Below are positions 17,831-26,712 of a DNA stretch of 48,133 bases, one piece after another (positions within the stretch are counted from its first letter, which is position 1; every line of letters begins with the position of its first letter). Source of the stretch: Eubacteriales bacterium (lineage in GTDB: Bacteria; Bacillota; Clostridia; Oscillospirales; CAG-272); assembly GCA_045595425.1 (NCBI GenBank), contig JAZOAL010000083.1:1-48133 (forward strand), written 5' to 3'. Position numbers and translations under genes: made by a program. The notes beneath the pieces were generated by a model. It saw nothing but the letters and a program-made list of their open reading frames with translations. It was not told where the DNA came from and did not search any database.

Positions 17831-18985
17831 ATGTCTGTAACCAATCTGAAAATAGGCATGCTGGGCTTTGGATCAATGGGAAAGACCCATACCTATGCTC
17901 TTAAAAATCTGCCCTTTTTCTATCCCTCACTGCCCTTTGACATAGAGCTTGAAGGAGTTTGCACAAAAACCCCCGAAAAAGCAGAATACGCAAAAAACAC
18001 CTTTGGATATAAAATCGCAACAACAAATGAGGACGATCTCATTTACTCTAATGATATAGATATCATTGATGTTTCAACGCCGAATATATATCATTTTAAC
18101 ACGCTGATGAAGGCAATTGATGCAGGCAAGCACATCTGCTGCGAAAAGCCTCTTTGCATTTCATATGAAGAAGCTTTGAAGATAGAAAAAGCGGCAAAGG
18201 CTAAGGGCGTTATCTTCGGAATGGTGTTCAATAACCGTTTTATTCCTGCCGTCATGCGGGCAAAGCAGCTCATTGACGAAGGACGCATTGGAAGAATCCT
18301 TTCATTCAGTGCCGCATATTATCACAGCAGTGCCACGGATGTAAACAAAAACGCAGGCTGGAAGCAAAATAAGGATATCTGCGGAGGCGGAGTTCTATTC
18401 GATCTTGGTTCACATGTTATAGATATGGTTCAGCATCTCTGCGGCGGCATCTCAACAGTTTCTGCCATAAGCCAGATTGCTTACCCGACCCGTGCGGGTA
18501 TGGACGGAGGGTCTTGGCAGACAAATGCCGATGAAGCTTTTTATATGCTCTGTGAGCTTAACTGCGGCGGTGTCGGTACAATCACCGCAAGTAAAGTCCA
18601 CACTGGTGCTAATGATGATGTGGTAATCGAGATTTACGGTGAAAAGGGGGCTATTAAATATTCGCTTATGGAATGTGAATGGCTTCATTTTTACGATAAC
18701 ACCGCGAAGGCTACACCCCTCGGCGGTGAAAAAGGCTTCACAAAAATCGAATGTGTTGGCAGATATGACGCTCCCGGAGGAGTTTTCCCCTCTCCGAAAG
18801 CACCGGTCGGCTGGCTTATGGGGCATGTTGCAAGCTATCTCGAATTTCTCACGGCAGTTCATGAGGGCAGACAGCCGAAGCCAAGCGTTGACGACGGTGC
18901 ATATGTCCAAAAAGTAATGGAAGCCGGATATAAATCCGCAGAGCTTCGCAGAACAGTTAAGGTCGATGACCTTTCGGTGCTCTGA
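17831..18985 (+). CDS. Gfo/Idh/MocA-family oxidoreductase
   Basis: The N-terminal Rossmann motif is IGMLGFGSMGKTH and the family motif is HICCEKPLC. The start is at ATG 17831 behind AAAGGAGGT. Confidence 0.85.
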   Translation: MSVTNLKIGMLGFGSMGKTHTYALKNLPFFYPSLPFDIELEGVCTKTPEKAEYAKNTFGYKIATTNEDDLIYSNDIDIIDVSTPNIYHFNTLMKAIDAGKHICCEKPLCISYEEALKIEKAAKAKGVIFGMVFNNRFIPAVMRAKQLIDEGRIGRILSFSAAYYHSSATDVNKNAGWKQNKDICGGGVLFDLGSHVIDMVQHLCGGISTVSAISQIAYPTRAGMDGGSWQTNADEAFYMLCELNCGGVGTITASKVHTGANDDVVIEIYGEKGAIKYSLMECEWLHFYDNTAKATPLGGEKGFTKIECVGRYDAPGGVFPSPKAPVGWLMGHVASYLEFLTAVHEGRQPKPSVDDGAYVQKVMEAGYKSAELRRTVKVDDLSVL

Positions 18986-18986
18986 T

Positions 18987-19589
18987 ATGAAGATCATAGG
19001 TCTGACGGGACCGAGCGGTGCGGGAAAAGGAACAGTTGCCGATCTGCTTGCTGCATACGGCGTTCCTCATATAGACTGCGACAGCATCTATCATTCTCTG
19101 CTCACCTCGGGTTCGGATTGCACAAAAGCACTTACATCGGAATTCGGGGAGCATATTCTGTCCTTTGACGGTTCGGTGGACAGAAAAAAGCTCGCTTCGC
19201 TGGTATTTTCAGGTGAGGGACATGAGGAAAGATTAGATAGGCTGAATAAAATCACGCACAATTATGTTTTGCAGGAATGCAGAAGGCTTATCAAAATTCA
19301 TAAGAAGGACGGGAGAAGAGCCGTGACAGTGGATGCGCCCACACTTTTTGAAAGCGGATTTGACAAGGAGTGCGATGTTATCCTCGTTGTCAGTGCGCCA
19401 TATTCATTTCGCTTGAAAAGAATAACCCTGCGCGATAGCATCACGCCCGAGAAGGCAACCGAAAGGCTTGCGGCTCAAAAGGATGATGACTTTTACATTT
19501 CAAGAGCGGATTTTGTCATTGAAAACTCATCCGACCTCGAAAAGCTCAAATCACAACTCGAAAAATTTATCAGGGAGAAATTAAGTTGA
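18987..19589 (+). CDS. coaE: Dephospho-CoA kinase
   Basis: The start is MKIIGLTGPSGAGKGT (P-loop), and the protein is about 200 aa. The ATG is 1 nt after the upstream stop. Confidence 0.9.
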   Translation: MKIIGLTGPSGAGKGTVADLLAAYGVPHIDCDSIYHSLLTSGSDCTKALTSEFGEHILSFDGSVDRKKLASLVFSGEGHEERLDRLNKITHNYVLQECRRLIKIHKKDGRRAVTVDAPTLFESGFDKECDVILVVSAPYSFRLKRITLRDSITPEKATERLAAQKDDDFYISRADFVIENSSDLEKLKSQLEKFIREKLS

Positions 19590-20164
19590 AAAAAGCTCTT
19601 TCTCGAAGCATTGCAATAATTATTATCATTTCGATTTCAATCATAGCCGGATTCGTTATAGATGATATATGCGATGCAATAGACAGAAAAACACATCCGC
19701 GTACATATTCCGAGTACGTTGAGAAATATTCAGCCATTTACGGAGTTCCGCAGGCGGTTATTTACGCCACTATACGCACGGAAAGCGAGTTTGTATCAAA
19801 TGCGGTGTCAAGTGCAGGAGCAGTCGGACTTATGCAGATAATGCCCGATACCTTCAGGTGGCTCTTCGAGAAAACAGGAGAAGCTCTCGAAGACGGCATG
19901 CTTTATGATCCGGAGACCAATATACGTTATGGCACATATTATCTTTCATATCTCTATTCCGAGTTTGGTCTGTGGGAAACGGTCTATGCCGCATATAACT
20001 GCGGTCCCGGCAGAGTTAAGGAATGGCAGGCAAGCGAAGAATATGCCGATACTAACGGCGTTCTTATAGAGATACCCTTTGAAGAGACCTCGGAATATGT
20101 AAAAAAGGTCTCAAAAGCGGTCGGCATCTATGAAAAATTATATTTTAAGGAGATAGACAAATGA
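19586..20164 (+). CDS. Membrane-anchored lytic transglycosylase (SLT domain)
   Basis: A TTG start follows GGGAGA and overlaps the coaE stop. It has an N-terminal TM helix. SLT motifs are TESEF...AGAVGLMQIMP and AAYNCGPGRV. Confidence 0.85.
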   Translation: MKKALSRSIAIIIIISISIIAGFVIDDICDAIDRKTHPRTYSEYVEKYSAIYGVPQAVIYATIRTESEFVSNAVSSAGAVGLMQIMPDTFRWLFEKTGEALEDGMLYDPETNIRYGTYYLSYLYSEFGLWETVYAAYNCGPGRVKEWQASEEYADTNGVLIEIPFEETSEYVKKVSKAVGIYEKLYFKEIDK

Positions 20165-21552
20165 AAACAGCAAAAGAACTGAAAAATGAACTCTTTTATA
20201 CAAAAAAGAGCGTTTATGAGCTGACTTCCGAAGATAATGTGAAGGCGGCTTACGATTATTCCGTTAACTACAAAAAATACCTTGACAGCGCAAAAACAGA
20301 GCGTGAAGCTGTAAACACCTCAATTGAAATCGCAGAAAAAGCAGGCTTCAAGCCCTATACTCTCGGTCAAGCACTGAAAGCAGGCGACAAGCTCTATTAC
20401 AACAACCGAGGCAAGAGCCTTTTCCTCTTTACTATCGGTTCGGAGGATATCGAAAACGGCATCCGCATCTCCGCGGCTCATATCGACTCTCCCCGCCTTG
20501 ATTTCAAGCCCTGCCCGATTTACGAGGACAGCAGAATGGCGTTCTTCAAGACACATTACTATGGGGGAATCAAGAAATATCAGTGGGTTACCATTCCTCT
20601 GGCTATTCACGGCGTTGTTACCCTGAAGGACGGAACAAATGTGAACATCACCATCGGTGAGGACGAGGGTGACCCGATATTCTATATCAACGATATTCTT
20701 CCTCACCTCGGACAGAATCAGGCAAAGAAGACGCTTGGAGAGGCTATAGAGGGAGAACAGCTCAATCTTCTTGCGGCAACAAGTCCCTATAACACAGAGG
20801 ACGAGGGCGAGCAGATAAAGCTGAATGTTCTTGCCCTTCTCAATGAAAAATACGGGATCACGGAAACAGATTTCATTTCTGCAGAGCTGAGCGCAGTTCC
20901 GGCAGACAAAGCAAGAGATATAGGCCTTGACAGGGCTTCTATCGTTTCTTACGGTCACGATGATAAGGTCTGTGCATACCCTGCGCTCACCTCCGTTATC
21001 GACAATGCGGACAGCAAGCATACTCTTATGTGCGTTCTCGCCGACAAGGAGGAGACGGGCAGTGAGGGCTCAAGCGGTATGCGGTGCTCCATATTCCCGG
21101 ATATTATCGATGAGATAGCAAGGGCAATGGGCGGCGATCCCGCGGTGGTTCGCGCAAATTCAAAATGCCTTTCCGCAGATGTTTCCGCAGCTTACGATCC
21201 CAATTTTAAGGACGCATTTGAAAAGAGAAACACACCCGAGCTTTCCTGCGGTGTTGTACTCATTAAATACACAGGTGCGCGCGGCAAATCAAGCACAAAC
21301 GATGCAAGCTCAGAATATATCGGCTGGCTTCGCGGCGTTATGGAGAAGGACAATGTCGTTTGGCAGACAGGTGAGCTTGGCAAGATCGATCTCGGCGGCG
21401 GCGGAACCGTTGCAAAATATATTGCAAATCTCAATATCGACACGGTTGATCTGGGTGTTCCGGTAATTTCAATGCACGCGCCCTATGAGCTGATCTCAAA
21501 GGTTGACCTTTATGAAACCTATAAAGCCTTCTCTGCTTTCTGCAAATACTGA
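20161..21552 (+). CDS. M18-family aminopeptidase
   Basis: 463 aa. Blocks AAHIDSPRLD, YGHDDKVC, ADKEETGSEGS and ISMHAPYE are typical of aminopeptidase 1 / M18. It has an ATGA overlap with the upstream gene. Confidence 0.85.
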   Translation: MKTAKELKNELFYTKKSVYELTSEDNVKAAYDYSVNYKKYLDSAKTEREAVNTSIEIAEKAGFKPYTLGQALKAGDKLYYNNRGKSLFLFTIGSEDIENGIRISAAHIDSPRLDFKPCPIYEDSRMAFFKTHYYGGIKKYQWVTIPLAIHGVVTLKDGTNVNITIGEDEGDPIFYINDILPHLGQNQAKKTLGEAIEGEQLNLLAATSPYNTEDEGEQIKLNVLALLNEKYGITETDFISAELSAVPADKARDIGLDRASIVSYGHDDKVCAYPALTSVIDNADSKHTLMCVLADKEETGSEGSSGMRCSIFPDIIDEIARAMGGDPAVVRANSKCLSADVSAAYDPNFKDAFEKRNTPELSCGVVLIKYTGARGKSSTNDASSEYIGWLRGVMEKDNVVWQTGELGKIDLGGGGTVAKYIANLNIDTVDLGVPVISMHAPYELISKVDLYETYKAFSAFCKY

Positions 21553-22619
21553 TGCTCACTAAATTAAAAGAAACCGAGCAGAAATATGTGGGAATAGAGG
21601 ACAGCTTGGCAGATCCGAATGTTATGAGCGATCCTTCTCGCTATGCCGAGCTTATGAAGGAATATAAGTCCCTTACCCCGATAATTGAAAAATACCGTGA
21701 ATATAAAAAATGCACGGATAATATCGCAGGCATAGAGGAAATGCTTTCCGGGGGGCTTGATGCCGAAATGCGAGAGCTTTGCGAAGAGGAGCTGAAAGCT
21801 GAAAAAGCTTCAAAAGATGTTTTAATCGAAGAGCTCAAAATACTCCTCCTCCCCCGTGACCCTAATGATGATAAGAATGTTATCGTTGAAATAAGAGCCT
21901 GCGCAGGCGGTGAGGAAGCGGCACTTTTTGCCGCCTCCCTCTACCGAATGTACGGTATGTATGCCGATAAAAACGGCATCAAGGTCTCTCCCATGTCCTC
22001 AAATCCCACCGAGCTTGGAGGGTATCGCGAGGTGACCTTTATGATGGAGGGAGAGGGCGTTTACGCCAAGATGAAGTTTGAAAGCGGTGTTCACAGAGTT
22101 CAGCGAGTGCCCGAAACCGAAACGCAGGGACGTATTCACACCTCAACGGTTTCTGTTGCGGTTCTTCCCGAAGCTGAAGAGGTTGAGATCGAAATCAACC
22201 CAGCAGATCTGAAATTTGAGACCTGCAAATCCAGCGGTGCAGGCGGTCAGCATATCAACAAGACCGAATCTGCCGTCAGGATAACTCATCTTCCCACAGG
22301 GATCATAGTTGAATGCCAAGAGGAAAGAAGCCAGTTCAAAAACCGCGATAAAGCAATGAAGATGCTCAGGGCAAAGCTCTTTGATATCAAGCAAAGAGAG
22401 CAATCGGACAAAATTGCATCCGAACGCCGTGAACAGGTAGGAACAGGCGACAGAAGCGAAAAGATACGAACCTATAATTTTCCCCAGAGCCGTGTCACAG
22501 ACCACCGCATCAAACTTACCACCCATGCCATCGAGAGCTTTCTTGACGGTGATATCGGCGACATGATAAGTGCGCTTATGACTGCCGATGCCGCAGAAAG
22601 GCTGAAGAATAATAATTAA
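21552..22619 (+). CDS. prfA: Peptide chain release factor 1
   Basis: 355 aa. It has the GGQ motif SSGAGGQHINKTESAVRITHLPTG and the RF1-type tripeptide region RVPETETQGRIHTS. There is a 1-nt TGATG overlap with the upstream gene. Confidence 0.95.
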   Translation: MLTKLKETEQKYVGIEDSLADPNVMSDPSRYAELMKEYKSLTPIIEKYREYKKCTDNIAGIEEMLSGGLDAEMRELCEEELKAEKASKDVLIEELKILLLPRDPNDDKNVIVEIRACAGGEEAALFAASLYRMYGMYADKNGIKVSPMSSNPTELGGYREVTFMMEGEGVYAKMKFESGVHRVQRVPETETQGRIHTSTVSVAVLPEAEEVEIEINPADLKFETCKSSGAGGQHINKTESAVRITHLPTGIIVECQEERSQFKNRDKAMKMLRAKLFDIKQREQSDKIASERREQVGTGDRSEKIRTYNFPQSRVTDHRIKLTTHAIESFLDGDIGDMISALMTADAAERLKNNN

Positions 22620-22638
22620 CCGAAAGGAAGTCCTTTCT

Positions 22639-23679
22639 TTGATAACAGAATTTGTTAAAATAACCGATACGACCGCACCGGAGGCGATCTCTGCCATTGA
22701 AAAAGCGGCAGAGATCATAAAAAACGGCGGACTTGTGGTTATGCCTACAGAGACCGTTTACGGTCTCGGCGGAAACGGTCTTGCCGCCTCGGCGGCAAAG
22801 AAAATCTACGCCGCCAAGGGCAGACCCGCAGATAATCCTCTGATAATACATATCGCAGACCCCGATGAGGCCGAAAAATACTGTCATGTATCACCGCTGT
22901 ACCGTGATCTGGCAAGAGCTTTTATGCCGGGACCGCTGACAGTCATAATGCCAAAAAAGGATATCATTCCGCTATCGGTAACAGCGGGACTCGAAACGGT
23001 TGCAGTTCGCTGCCCCGATCATCCAGTAGCAAACGCACTGATACGGGCGGCAGGCGTGCCGATTGCGGCTCCGTCCGCAAATCTTTCGGGCAAGCCGTCC
23101 CCCACAACAGCAGAATATGTTATGGAAGACATGAAAGGCAGAGTTGACATGGTGATAGACGGTGGTGAAAGCGAGATAGGGCTTGAATCCACCATCGTAA
23201 TGATAAAAAATGACACTCTTACCCTTCTCCGCCCCGGTGCAGTTACATATGACGCCCTCTGCATGGTCTCGGAAAAGGTTGAGATCGCAGGTTCGGTGCT
23301 CGAAATGCTGAAGGAAAACGAAAAGCCTCTTTCACCCGGCATGAAATATAAGCATTATGCACCCTCGACTCCTCTCATTCTCCTTGACGGAGAGGAAGAA
23401 AACGTGCTTGGATTTCTCGAAGGCGAAATAAAAAATAAAAAATGTGCAATTCTCTGCTATGACGAAGAATGTGACCTTCTCAAAGGTGCATGTCTGCTGC
23501 CAATAGGCACAAAAGAAGATCTAAATGCTCATGCGCATACGCTCTTCACTTCCCTTCGCGATGCGGACAAGCTGGGCTGTGACATAATTTATGCCCATCT
23601 GCCGCCAAAAAAAGGGCTTGGTCTCGCTCTTTATAACAGAATGATCCGCGCGGCGGCACACACAATAAAAAAGGTTTAA
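22639..23679 (+). CDS. tsaC: L-threonylcarbamoyladenylate synthase (long Sua5/YwlC form)
   Basis: A TTG start follows AAAGGAAG. Blocks are PTETVYGLGGN, AKGRPADNPLIIHI and SANLSGKPSPT, plus a C-terminal Sua5 domain. Confidence 0.9.
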   Translation: MITEFVKITDTTAPEAISAIEKAAEIIKNGGLVVMPTETVYGLGGNGLAASAAKKIYAAKGRPADNPLIIHIADPDEAEKYCHVSPLYRDLARAFMPGPLTVIMPKKDIIPLSVTAGLETVAVRCPDHPVANALIRAAGVPIAAPSANLSGKPSPTTAEYVMEDMKGRVDMVIDGGESEIGLESTIVMIKNDTLTLLRPGAVTYDALCMVSEKVEIAGSVLEMLKENEKPLSPGMKYKHYAPSTPLILLDGEEENVLGFLEGEIKNKKCAILCYDEECDLLKGACLLPIGTKEDLNAHAHTLFTSLRDADKLGCDIIYAHLPPKKGLGLALYNRMIRAAAHTIKKV

Positions 23680-23698
23680 GAAAGGTATGGTTCATTAA

Positions 23699-25915
23699 AT
23701 GGCAAAGAAAAAGAAGACTCCTGCGGCAGAAGCCAAAATAGTTTACTCCGAGCCTATGCTCCAACCAATAACAGAAACCATCGAAAAGAACTATATGCCC
23801 TATGTAATGAGCGTCATTATCTCGAGAGCAATTCCCGAGATAGACGGTCTGAAGCCTTCACACAGAAAGCTTCTTTACACTATGTACACAATGGGCTTAC
23901 TTAACGGAAACAGAACCAAAAGCGCGAATATTGTCGGTCAAACGATGAAGCTGAATCCCCACGGTGATGCGGCTATCTACGAAACACTTGTACGTCTAAC
24001 CCGCGATAACGCCACATTACTTCATCCTTTTGTTGACTCAAAGGGTAACTTCGGTAAGCAGTACAGCTCGGATATGCAGTATGCGGCTTCACGTTACACC
24101 GAGTGTAAGCTGGAGAAATTCTGCGAGGAGCTTTTTAGGGGCATTGACAAAAATGCCGTTGATATGATAGATAACTATGACGGCACCCTGAAAGAGCCTA
24201 CATTGCTGCCGACGACCTTCCCAAATGTTCTTGTAACACCAAATACGGGAATTGCGGTAGGTATGGCATCCAATGTCTGTTCCTTCAATCTTTCAGAGGT
24301 CTGTGACGGCACTATCGCTCTGCTGAAAAATCCAAAAACATCCACCGAAAAAATAATGCAGCTCATCAAAGCTCCCGATTTTTCGGGCGGAGGCGAGATA
24401 CTCTATGATGAGACTCAGCTCCGTCAGATATATGAAACCGGCAGCGGATCGGTTCGCATACGCTCGGTATACAGCTACGACAAAAAGGAAAACTGTATCG
24501 ATGTTCTTCAGATCCCCTATTCAACATCAATCGAGCAGATAATGAAACGTATCGGCGATATGATAAAAGAAGGAAAGCTGAAGGAGGTCACCGATTTCCG
24601 CGATGAGATCGACCTTGACGGCTTTAAGCTTACCCTTGATCTGCGCAGGGGAGTTGACCCCGACAAGCTGATGAAAAAGCTATTTAAGAGCACCCCGCTT
24701 GAGGACAGCTTTAAATGTAACTTCAATATTCTTGTAAACTCCGTGCCGCGCCAAATGGGCATTGTTGAAATACTTAACGAGTGGATAACATTCCGTATTG
24801 GTTGCGTTCGCCGCGAGCTTACCTTTGATCTCGAAAAGAAACAGGCAAAGCTGCATCTTCTTCTCGGTCTCGGAAAGATACTTCTGGATATCGATAAGGC
24901 AATAAGAATAATCCGCCAAACAGAAAAGGAAGAGGATGTTATCCCCAATCTTGAAGAGGGCTTTTCCATTGACAAGATACAGGCGGAATATATCGCAGAC
25001 ATCAAGCTTCGTAACCTCAACCGCGAATATATCCTCAACCGCATCCGCGAAATCGAAGGCCTGCAAAAGGAGATAGCAGACCTTGAAGAGCTTCTCGGAG
25101 ATGAGATAAAGATCAAGAATTATATTGTTAAACAGCTCCAAGAAATCAAGAAAAAATACGGAAAACCACGTCTTTCCGCTATTATCTATTCAGGCGACGA
25201 GCCCGAATATGAAGCGGAAGAAACAGTGGAAAATTATAATGTTCGCCTCGTTCTCTCAAAGGAGGGCTACTTCAAAAAGATCACCTTCCAGTCGCTCAAG
25301 GGCAACGATGAGCAAAAATTCAAGGAGGGCGATGAGCTTTCGCAGTCATTTGACGCAGAGAATATAAACGACATAGTTTTCTTCACAAATCAGTGTCAGG
25401 TATACAGAGCAAAGGTCGCGGACTTTGAATGTACAAAGGCTTCGGCTTTGGGGGATTTTCTGCCCGCAAGGCTTGAAATGAATACAGGAGAGAAGCCGAT
25501 TTTCATGCGCATACAAAAAAGCTATCCCGAAAATGAGAATTTCATTTTCATTTTTGAGAACGGCAAGGGCGTGCGAGTTCCGGCATCCTCTTATCAGACA
25601 AAGGGTAACCGCCGTAAGCTGATCGGGGCATACTCCGATGCTTCACCTATCGTAGGGGTGTTCTATGAAACCGAGCCTGTAGATATTCTCATGATCTCGT
25701 CGGATAAAAAGGCTATCGTAATCAGATCCTCGCTTATTCCGATAAAAACCACAAGAAGTGCCGCAGGCGTTAACCTTTTCACTCTGAAAAAAGGTAATAA
25801 GCTTATAAGCGCAGCTGTGGGCTTTGAAGAAAAATTTGATTCCAAAGGCTTCAAAAAGCTGAAGATCCCCGCAAGCGGCGTTGCCATTCCCGACGGAGAG
25901 CACCTATCGTTCTAA
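23699..25915 (+). CDS. Type IIA topoisomerase subunit A (ParC/GyrA-like, short form)
   Basis: 738 aa. Blocks are IDGLKPSHRKLLY, LNPHGDAAIYETLVRL and the catalytic Tyr context YAASRYTE. No B-subunit gene is present in the window. Confidence 0.85.
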   Translation: MAKKKKTPAAEAKIVYSEPMLQPITETIEKNYMPYVMSVIISRAIPEIDGLKPSHRKLLYTMYTMGLLNGNRTKSANIVGQTMKLNPHGDAAIYETLVRLTRDNATLLHPFVDSKGNFGKQYSSDMQYAASRYTECKLEKFCEELFRGIDKNAVDMIDNYDGTLKEPTLLPTTFPNVLVTPNTGIAVGMASNVCSFNLSEVCDGTIALLKNPKTSTEKIMQLIKAPDFSGGGEILYDETQLRQIYETGSGSVRIRSVYSYDKKENCIDVLQIPYSTSIEQIMKRIGDMIKEGKLKEVTDFRDEIDLDGFKLTLDLRRGVDPDKLMKKLFKSTPLEDSFKCNFNILVNSVPRQMGIVEILNEWITFRIGCVRRELTFDLEKKQAKLHLLLGLGKILLDIDKAIRIIRQTEKEEDVIPNLEEGFSIDKIQAEYIADIKLRNLNREYILNRIREIEGLQKEIADLEELLGDEIKIKNYIVKQLQEIKKKYGKPRLSAIIYSGDEPEYEAEETVENYNVRLVLSKEGYFKKITFQSLKGNDEQKFKEGDELSQSFDAENINDIVFFTNQCQVYRAKVADFECTKASALGDFLPARLEMNTGEKPIFMRIQKSYPENENFIFIFENGKGVRVPASSYQTKGNRRKLIGAYSDASPIVGVFYETEPVDILMISSDKKAIVIRSSLIPIKTTRSAAGVNLFTLKKGNKLISAAVGFEEKFDSKGFKKLKIPASGVAIPDGEHLSF

Positions 25916-25920
25916 AGGCA

Positions 25921-25950
25921 AAAATTCCCACGGCCACGGTGGGATTTTTT
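25921..25950 (+). terminator. Intrinsic terminator after the topoisomerase gene
   Basis: AAAATTCCCAC-GGCCACG-GTGGGATTTTTT is a GC stem with one bulge followed by a T6 run. Confidence 0.7.
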
Positions 25951-26104
25951 GTTAATAGCTTGCCTGATTATTGTTTCCCACTATATTTAATTTTCAAATA
26001 TATCACAAATTTATATTCCAAACCTTCTCATACCAAAATTTGTTATTTTTGCTACCGCAAAATGCACAAAATATGAACAGAAATAAAATTATAGCCGATA
26101 ATAT

Positions 26105-26133
26105 TTGACAAATACCCGTCCTTTTGGTATAAT
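26105..26133 (+). promoter_or_regulatory. Consensus sigma-A promoter
   Basis: It has perfect TTGACA (26105-26110), an exactly 17-nt spacer and perfect TATAAT (26128-26133). This is about 78 nt upstream of the ORF at 26212. Confidence 0.8.
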
Positions 26134-26211
26134 AACACTGTATTATAGCCCTTGGGCATAAAGTAGTAAATTTTATGTGCGCGGAATATCCGCAGAAAGT
26201 GCAAGTTTGTT

Positions 26212-26712
26212 ATGAAAAAAATGAACAAAACAAAACTGACTATTATAATTGCTGTCATTTTAGCCCTTGCCTGCTCTATGAGTATCCTTGTGGCAGCGGC
26301 TTATGACAGCACAAATGACCCGCTCATTTCCCTCTCTTACCTCACAAAATATGTGGACGAGGCTCTCGAGCCTATCCGTGCATCAATTGCTGCACTCGGC
26401 GGCGATGTGAGCACCTCAGCTCCCGTTTCCACAGGATTTGAGGCGATCTTTGTTGAATACGGTCAGCAGATACAGTGCACTGCCGCAACAGAAATCATCT
26501 TGCGCTCGGGCACTGCAGAAATCGTGTCTCCCTTTGATAACCAAGGTCTGAGCGATCTTACAGACGGCATTGATCTGAGGGGCGGCGCATCAGTTCCCAA
26601 AAACCACAATCTGCTCATTCCCAGAGGAGATGACGGACGAGGTATAGTAATCACAAGCTCAGGCGGAGCTTATGTTATGGTAGGAGGTGCTTACATAATT
26701 GTCGAACCTTAA
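26212..26712 (+). CDS. Hypothetical signal-anchored or secreted protein
   Basis: 166 aa with the N-terminal hydrophobic segment LTIIIAVILALACSMSILVAAA and a Gly-rich C-terminal half. An alternative ATG is at 26221. It overlaps the next gene by 14 nt. I recognise no family. Confidence 0.6.
   Translation: MKKMNKTKLTIIIAVILALACSMSILVAAAYDSTNDPLISLSYLTKYVDEALEPIRASIAALGGDVSTSAPVSTGFEAIFVEYGQQIQCTAATEIILRSGTAEIVSPFDNQGLSDLTDGIDLRGGASVPKNHNLLIPRGDDGRGIVITSSGGAYVMVGGAYIIVEP

Noticed and set aside
25937-25949. 13-mer CGGTGGGATTTTT shared between the terminator at 25937 and position 32632-32644
   Set aside because: An exact 13-mer repeat is expected by chance many times in 48 kb (order of ten). The second copy has no matching left arm, so it is not evidence of a repeat family.
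25966-25976. GATTATTGTTT, a partial match to the repeat-family R terminus just after the topoisomerase terminator
   Set aside because: Only 10-11 nt match and there is no partner end or shared internal module nearby. It could be a solo relic but is not distinguishable from AT-rich background.
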